Position numbers and translations under genes: made by a program. A stretch of 32,000 bases of DNA from Desulfobulbus propionicus DSM 2032. Its GTDB lineage: Bacteria > Desulfobacterota > Desulfobulbia > Desulfobulbales > Desulfobulbaceae. The stretch's first letter is position 1; each line of letters begins with the position of its first letter. Below the pieces are notes generated by a model. The model was given only the letters and a program-made list of their open reading frames with translations, had not been told where the DNA came from and did no database searches. The stretch covers positions 3,690,001 through 3,722,000 of the forward strand of contig NC_014972.1 of assembly GCF_000186885.1 (NCBI RefSeq), given 5' to 3'. Positions 27,571 to 32,000 of this stretch are shown piece after piece.

Positions 27571-28611
27571 CTAACGGGCCAGGGATCGTCTGCGGCACAG
27601 CAAGCCGACAACTACGGCCAAAAGCAGCGTCAGACCGCCACCGACCAGTCCCGAGGTGGAGGTGCCCTTGTCCACGGCCGGCCAGGAGGGCGCGGATTCC
27701 TCCCCGGCCGCCACCGGCCCCTCGTGGTTGACACGGAACGCATAGTCGGGCAGCACGGCGGTTTGCTCCTGCATCCTGGCGAGCAGAACATGGATGCCGT
27801 CCTGTGGCGGTTTCAGTTCTTCCTGGCCAGATGTCTTGGCCATGGACCATTCCAGGCCGTCAGGGGAGGAGGAAGCGAACCAGGAAAGCACGCCCCCGGT
27901 GAGCACGGCCGCGACCCCGAGGCCGGCCAGCACCTTGGTGATGGCCAGGGAGCCCAGCGGACGGGAGGCGGCGGCATATTCGAGGATCTCGGGCCGGGCC
28001 TTCCACACAAAGGAAATCACCGTAGTGGTGATCAGGCCTTCGACCAGGCCGATGGCCAGATGGATCGGCAGCATGGCGGCGAGAAAGGTTGTGAGCGGCA
28101 GGGCCGAGATGCCGGAGAGCACGGTTTCGGTCACCACCCCCAAGGCGCCTAGCTGCAGGCCAGCCACCGCCGCCAGGGTTGCGCCCAGCCCGATGCGCAT
28201 GGGGTTCTTGCAATCGCCGGCGATCGGCCTGTAGATCAGGGGGTAGGCGATGAAACAGGGGAAGACGCCGAGATTGAAGATGTTGCATCCCAGGGCCAGC
28301 AGGCCGCCATCGGCAAAGAACAGAGCCTGCACGGTCAGCACCGAGGCGATGGCGAGAAAGGCCGCATAGGGGCCGAGCAGGATGGCCAGGAGCAGACCGC
28401 CGCCGAGGTGCCCCGACGAACCGGTGGCCGGGATGGTGAAGTTGATCATCTGGGCGGCAAAGACGAAGGCCCCCAGCACGCCCATCAGCGGCACCTTCCG
28501 CTCATCGAGGTCGCGCTGGACCTTTTTGGCGCACCAAGCGATGGTGCCGGCGGTGGTTGCCCACATGACGCCGCCAACGGCGGGGGAAAGCAAGGCATCG
28601 GCCATGTGCAT
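27571..28611 (-). CDS. cbiM: Cobalt/nickel ECF transporter substrate-specificity protein, CbiM fused to a C-terminal PDGLE/CbiN-like segment
   Basis: 'MHMADALLSPAVGGVMW', 'AAQMINFTIPATGSSGHLGGGLLLAILLGPYAAFLAI', 'QALFFADGGLLALGCNIFNLGVFPCFIAYP', C-terminal 'SWFASSSPDGLEWSMAK' and terminal TM. Start at ATG 28611. Confidence 0.94.
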   Translation of the reverse strand: MHMADALLSPAVGGVMWATTAGTIAWCAKKVQRDLDERKVPLMGVLGAFVFAAQMINFTIPATGSSGHLGGGLLLAILLGPYAAFLAIASVLTVQALFFADGGLLALGCNIFNLGVFPCFIAYPLIYRPIAGDCKNPMRIGLGATLAAVAGLQLGALGVVTETVLSGISALPLTTFLAAMLPIHLAIGLVEGLITTTVISFVWKARPEILEYAAASRPLGSLAITKVLAGLGVAAVLTGGVLSWFASSSPDGLEWSMAKTSGQEELKPPQDGIHVLLARMQEQTAVLPDYAFRVNHEGPVAAGEESAPSWPAVDKGTSTSGLVGGGLTLLLAVVVGLLCRRRSLAR

Positions 28612-28659
28612 GGTGAGTCCCTCCCGAGCAAAGATTAACAGCGCGCGCTGGCAGCCAAT

Positions 28660-28714
28660 CGAACACAAACGAACACAAAGTAACACTAATCGCGCTTCGG
28701 TGTTATCGTGTTAC
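28660..28714. promoter_or_regulatory. Candidate metalloregulator operator upstream of cbiM
   Basis: GTAACAC (28680-28686)-N13-GTGTTAT (28700-28706), then C-GTGTTAC (28708-28714), preceded by tandem CGAACACAAA x2 (28660-28679). Lies 49-103 bp upstream of the cbiM start. Confidence 0.55.
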
Positions 28715-28896
28715 AAAAACAATTTCTGTGTGTCAAATGGAAAATGCGTGGATGCGCCTTGGAGGGCTTGGCGCGAGGCATGCGCGCTCTTACGCGGAAC
28801 GCAAGACGCACATCGAGGAAAGGGAAACGAGAGAATGCGAGGAAAGGCCGGCTTGCCGACAATGGCGAAGAATCATGGTAGGCCAGCAGCCAGACC

Positions 28897-29271
28897 TCAG
28901 GTGAACAGCACCAACAGCCAGACAACCATCGCGAACAGGATTGCCATGGAAACGGCGGCCGAGCCCAGATCCTTGGCCAGGCCGGACAGTTCGTGCCGGT
29001 CGACGCTGATGCGGTTGACCACCACCTCGACTGCGGTGTTGAGCAGCTCGACGATCAAGACCAGGATCAGGCTGCCGGCGAGCAGGGCCCGCTCCACATT
29101 GCTCTGACCGAGCCAGCAGGCCAGGGGCAGCAGGACCAGGCAGAGCAGCAACTCTTGACGGAAGGCCTCCTCATTGCGGAAGGCGGCGGAAATGCCCGCA
29201 TAGGAGCAAGTCACTGCCCGTTTCAACCTGGCCAAGCCGGTGCCGTTCACTTTCTGCTGCTGTTCGGTCAT
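28897..29271 (-). CDS. dgkA: Diacylglycerol kinase (DgkA family)
   Basis: 'RLKRAVTCSYAGISAAFRNEEAFRQELLLCLVLLPLACWL', 'LLAGSLILVLIVELLNTAVEVVVNRISVDRHELSGLAKDLGSAAVSMAIL'. Start reassigned to ATG 29271. Confidence 0.95.
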   Translation of the reverse strand: MTEQQQKVNGTGLARLKRAVTCSYAGISAAFRNEEAFRQELLLCLVLLPLACWLGQSNVERALLAGSLILVLIVELLNTAVEVVVNRISVDRHELSGLAKDLGSAAVSMAILFAMVVWLLVLFT

Positions 29272-29505
29272 ATGCGCCGCGCCCTTGTCATGCGTCCGTT
29301 GTTGATGAACGCCGGGAAACCTCCCAGAGCGTTCCGATCCTGCTGGAAAATACACTATTATTTTCCTCTTTTCCAGGGACATTTCCGTTGTCGGACAGGG
29401 TGTATCGCGGGGCCATCCGCCAGCAGCCGAGGGGGAAAATGAATTGCCGCTCTTCGCACCTTGTGGTATCAGAGAATAAAGTAACTCTCCATCCTGGGCG
29501 GAATT

Positions 29506-29877
29506 ATGAATCGCGAAACCTTCTCTCACTTGCGGGCAAAACTCGGCAAAACTCAAAAAGCGTTATCCGAGTTGCTCGGAGTTTCCCTGAAGGCCGTGCA
29601 AAGCTACGAACAAGGCTGGCGCTCCATCCCCATTCACGTCGAGCGTCAGCTGTACTTTCTGGTCGTCAACCAGCGCAGCGAAGGCCAATCCAAGCGCAAG
29701 GACTGCTGGGCCGTGAAAAAATGCGACAAGAAAAAGGAATGCCCGGCCTGGGAATTTCAGGCGGGACACCTGTGCTGGTTCCTCAGCGGCACCCGCTGCG
29801 ACTGCACCGCAGACAAGAACTGGAAGGAAAAGATGGACATCTGCCGCACCTGCGAGGTCCTGACCTCGATGCTGTGA
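29506..29877 (+). CDS. XRE-type HTH protein with C-terminal cysteine-rich two-CW-like domain
   Basis: HTH 'LRAKLGKTQKALSELLGVSLKAVQSYEQGWRSIPIHVERQLYFLV' followed by 'KDCWAVKKCDKKKECPAWEFQAGHLCWFLSGTRCDCTADKNWKEKMDICRTCEVL'. Confidence 0.85.
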   Translation: MNRETFSHLRAKLGKTQKALSELLGVSLKAVQSYEQGWRSIPIHVERQLYFLVVNQRSEGQSKRKDCWAVKKCDKKKECPAWEFQAGHLCWFLSGTRCDCTADKNWKEKMDICRTCEVLTSML

Positions 29878-29968
29878 TCCCGACTCGCTTGCCATTGATT
29901 TTCCGCTTTGCATTGATGGTCGTTCCTCTCGCCCTCTCACGCCCCTTTCGCCGCCCGCACGCTTCTCC

Positions 29969-31021
29969 ATGGCTGTATTGAGCGTCGGGGTCGCCATGAG
30001 CGGCGGGGTCGATTCCACCATGGCCGCCTCCCTGCTGCAAGAGCAGGGGCACGACGTCCACGGGTTTTTCATGCTCCTGCCCCTGGCCAATCTGGAGGTC
30101 CAGCGACAGCGGGTGCGCGAGGTGGCCGACAGGCTGTCGATCCCCCTGACCGAGGTGGACCTGCGGCAATCCTTTGCCGAGCAGGTCATCGGCTATTTCA
30201 ACCGCAGCTATCGCGCCGGGTTGACCCCCAATCCCTGCATCCACTGCAACCGGTCCGTCAAATTCGGCCTGCTCGCCGACACGATGCGCCACCAGGATCT
30301 GGAACGGATCGCCACCGGCCACTACGCCCGTGTCCAGAGCGTAGGTGACCGTTGTTTTGTGGCCCGTGGAAGCGACCGGACCAAGGATCAGTCCTACTTT
30401 CTCGCCCGGCTCGCCGCCGACCAGGTGAACACGCTCCTGTTTCCGCTTGGTGACTGGACCAAACAACAGGTCTATGCGCGGGCCGCTGCCCTGGGGTTCC
30501 ACTTCAGCGGCGAGGAGAGCCAGGATGTCTGTTTTCTCAGCCAAGGGCTGGCCGCCTTTCTTAGCGAGCAGGGGATCGGCGATCTGTGCGGGCCGGTGGT
30601 GACTGCGGACGGCCGCCAAATCGGCGAACACCGGGGGGTCTGGCACTACACCATCGGCCAGCGGCGGGGTCTGGGGCTGCCGGATGTTACCCCCTGGTAT
30701 GTGGTCGGGTTGGACGGTCCCGGCAACCGCGTCATCGTCGGCAAGCAGGACGATCTCTTCGCCACGCGCTGTACCGTGCATGCCTTGCGCTGGACCCACC
30801 AACCACCCGCCCTGCCTTGGCGAGGCTTGGTGCAACTGCGCTCCCGTCATACTCCGGCGATGGCTGCACTGGCCCCCAGCGGCCCGGAGCAGTGGTCGCT
30901 TGTCTTCGACACCCCGCAACGTGCCATCACCCCCGGCCAGTTCGCGGTCTGCTACGAGCATGATCGGGTGGTGGGCAGCGCGGTGATCGGAACGGGAGCC
31001 GACCTGGAGGAACGAACATGA
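29969..31021 (+). CDS. mnmA: tRNA-specific 2-thiouridylase MnmA
   Basis: 'VGVAMSGGVDSTMAASLLQEQGHDVHGFFM', 'TPNPCIHCNRSVKFGLL', 'ATGHYARV', 'DQSYFLARL', 'ESQDVCFL', 'GEHRGVWHYTIGQRRGLGL', 'YVVGLD'. Confidence 0.96.
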   Translation: MAVLSVGVAMSGGVDSTMAASLLQEQGHDVHGFFMLLPLANLEVQRQRVREVADRLSIPLTEVDLRQSFAEQVIGYFNRSYRAGLTPNPCIHCNRSVKFGLLADTMRHQDLERIATGHYARVQSVGDRCFVARGSDRTKDQSYFLARLAADQVNTLLFPLGDWTKQQVYARAAALGFHFSGEESQDVCFLSQGLAAFLSEQGIGDLCGPVVTADGRQIGEHRGVWHYTIGQRRGLGLPDVTPWYVVGLDGPGNRVIVGKQDDLFATRCTVHALRWTHQPPALPWRGLVQLRSRHTPAMAALAPSGPEQWSLVFDTPQRAITPGQFAVCYEHDRVVGSAVIGTGADLEERT

Positions 31022-32000
31022 AACGGATCGCCATCACCACCCTGGGCTGCAAGGTCAACCAGTTCGAATCCGCAGCCTTTGCCAGCGGCTTTGAGGCCCG
31101 GGGCTGCACCTTGGTGCCCTTTCAGGCCGAGGCCGATGTCTATGTGATCAACACCTGCACGGTCACCGCCAAGGCCGGCCAGCAGTCGCGGCAGCTGATT
31201 CGCCGGGTGCTGCACGAGCATCCTGGCGCACGGGTGGTGGTCACCGGCTGCTATGCCCAAATGGACCCGGAGGCGGTGTTCAGTCTCGCCGATCAACCTG
31301 TGGCCATTGTCGGTAACGGCAACAAGCATCTGCTGGTGGAGGCCGCCCTAGCCGAGTCCTCTCCCGATCTGGTGTTGCTCATGGGCCGGATTCGCGAGAA
31401 GAAGGAAATCTGCGACCTGCCGGTGACTCGTTTCCGCGGTCGCACCCGCGCCTATCTCCGCATCCAGGACGGCTGCGACAACTTCTGCTCCTACTGCATC
31501 GTGCCCTACACCCGGGGCCGCAGCCGCAGCCTACCCCTGACCAAAATCCTGGCACAGACAGCGGTCTTTGTCGACCAGGGCTACCGCGAACTGGTGATCA
31601 CCGGCATCAATGTCGGCAAGTACGGGCTCGACCTGGACGAGGGCGAAACCATCTACAGCCTGCTGGCCCGGCTTTGTCGTGATTTTCCCGGCCTCCGCTT
31701 GCGGCTCAGTTCCATCGAGCCCACCGAGGTCAACGATCAGTTGCTCGACCTGATGTCCGGCTCCCCCAACTTCATGCCCCACCTGCACATTCCCCTGCAG
31801 AGCGGCGACGACCAGGTCCTGGCGCGGATGAACCGGCGCTACACCCGCGCCGAGTTTGCGGCGGTGATCGAGCGGGTGCACCAGGCCTTGCCGCTCGCCA
31901 CCATCGGCTGCGACGTGCTGGGCGGTTTTCCCGGCGAAACCGAGGCCGAGGCCGACAACACCTACCGGTTGCTGACCGATCTGCCGGTCCACTATCTCCA
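31018..32000 (+). CDS. mtaB: tRNA (N6-L-threonylcarbamoyladenosine(37)-C2)-methylthiotransferase MtaB-like, partial (runs off window end)
   Basis: Manual translation: MKRIAITTLGCKVNQFESAAF...VINTCTVTAKAGQQSRQLIRR...GCYAQ...RAYLRIQDGCDNFCSYCIVPYTRGRSRS...LRLSSIEP...HLHIPLQSGDDQVLARMNRRY. Contains the CxxxCxxC radical SAM motif; 4-bp ATGA overlap with mnmA. Confidence 0.93.
   Translation, partial: MKRIAITTLGCKVNQFESAAFASGFEARGCTLVPFQAEADVYVINTCTVTAKAGQQSRQLIRRVLHEHPGARVVVTGCYAQMDPEAVFSLADQPVAIVGNGNKHLLVEAALAESSPDLVLLMGRIREKKEICDLPVTRFRGRTRAYLRIQDGCDNFCSYCIVPYTRGRSRSLPLTKILAQTAVFVDQGYRELVITGINVGKYGLDLDEGETIYSLLARLCRDFPGLRLRLSSIEPTEVNDQLLDLMSGSPNFMPHLHIPLQSGDDQVLARMNRRYTRAEFAAVIERVHQALPLATIGCDVLGGFPGETEAEADNTYRLLTDLPVHYL

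Noticed and set aside
27202-28152. 316-aa plus-strand ORF over cbiQ/cbiM
   Set aside because: Antisense to clearly recognised transporter genes; repetitive H/R/G composition.
29783-30961. 392-aa minus-strand ORF
   Set aside because: Antisense to mnmA; no motif support.
1-32000. CRISPR array, transposase, integrase, toxin-antitoxin or retron-like system
   Set aside because: No regularly spaced repeat units, no cas, IS or recombinase motifs, and no RT motif seen on either strand. Only the DUF262-like remnant hints at past accessory DNA.

Overview
The window looks like a chromosomal segment of a deltaproteobacterial-type (Desulfobulbales-like) genome; the taxonomy is inferred, not tested. Left to right it contains: a partial HDOD-domain gene; an SPFH/band-7 plus NfeD pair; an L,D-transpeptidase; a well-formed cobalamin riboswitch followed by an intrinsic terminator and an exported CbiK-type cobaltochelatase; a minus-strand type IV pilus assembly operon (pilM-pilN-pilO-pilP, a separate AMIN/STN/TPR protein, a lipoprotein MshL-like secretin, and an uncharacterised lipoprotein); purU; a divergent transketolase-like enzyme; a TatD/amidohydrolase-like enzyme; a truncated DUF262/DUF1524-like remnant next to tRNA-Arg(TCG); DUF309 and DUF1737 proteins; sbcD-sbcC; a cobalt/nickel ECF transporter operon (fused cbiM with PDGLE domain, cbiQ, cbiO) with an operator-like dyad upstream; dgkA; an XRE-type HTH protein with a C-terminal cysteine-rich 'two-CW'-like domain; mnmA; and a partial mtaB. 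I do not see a clear, wholly new system. The best leads are the split secretin arrangement with its extra lipoprotein, the structured AT-rich intergenic region at 13.7-14.35 kb, the metal-regulation elements, and the HTH/two-CW protein.
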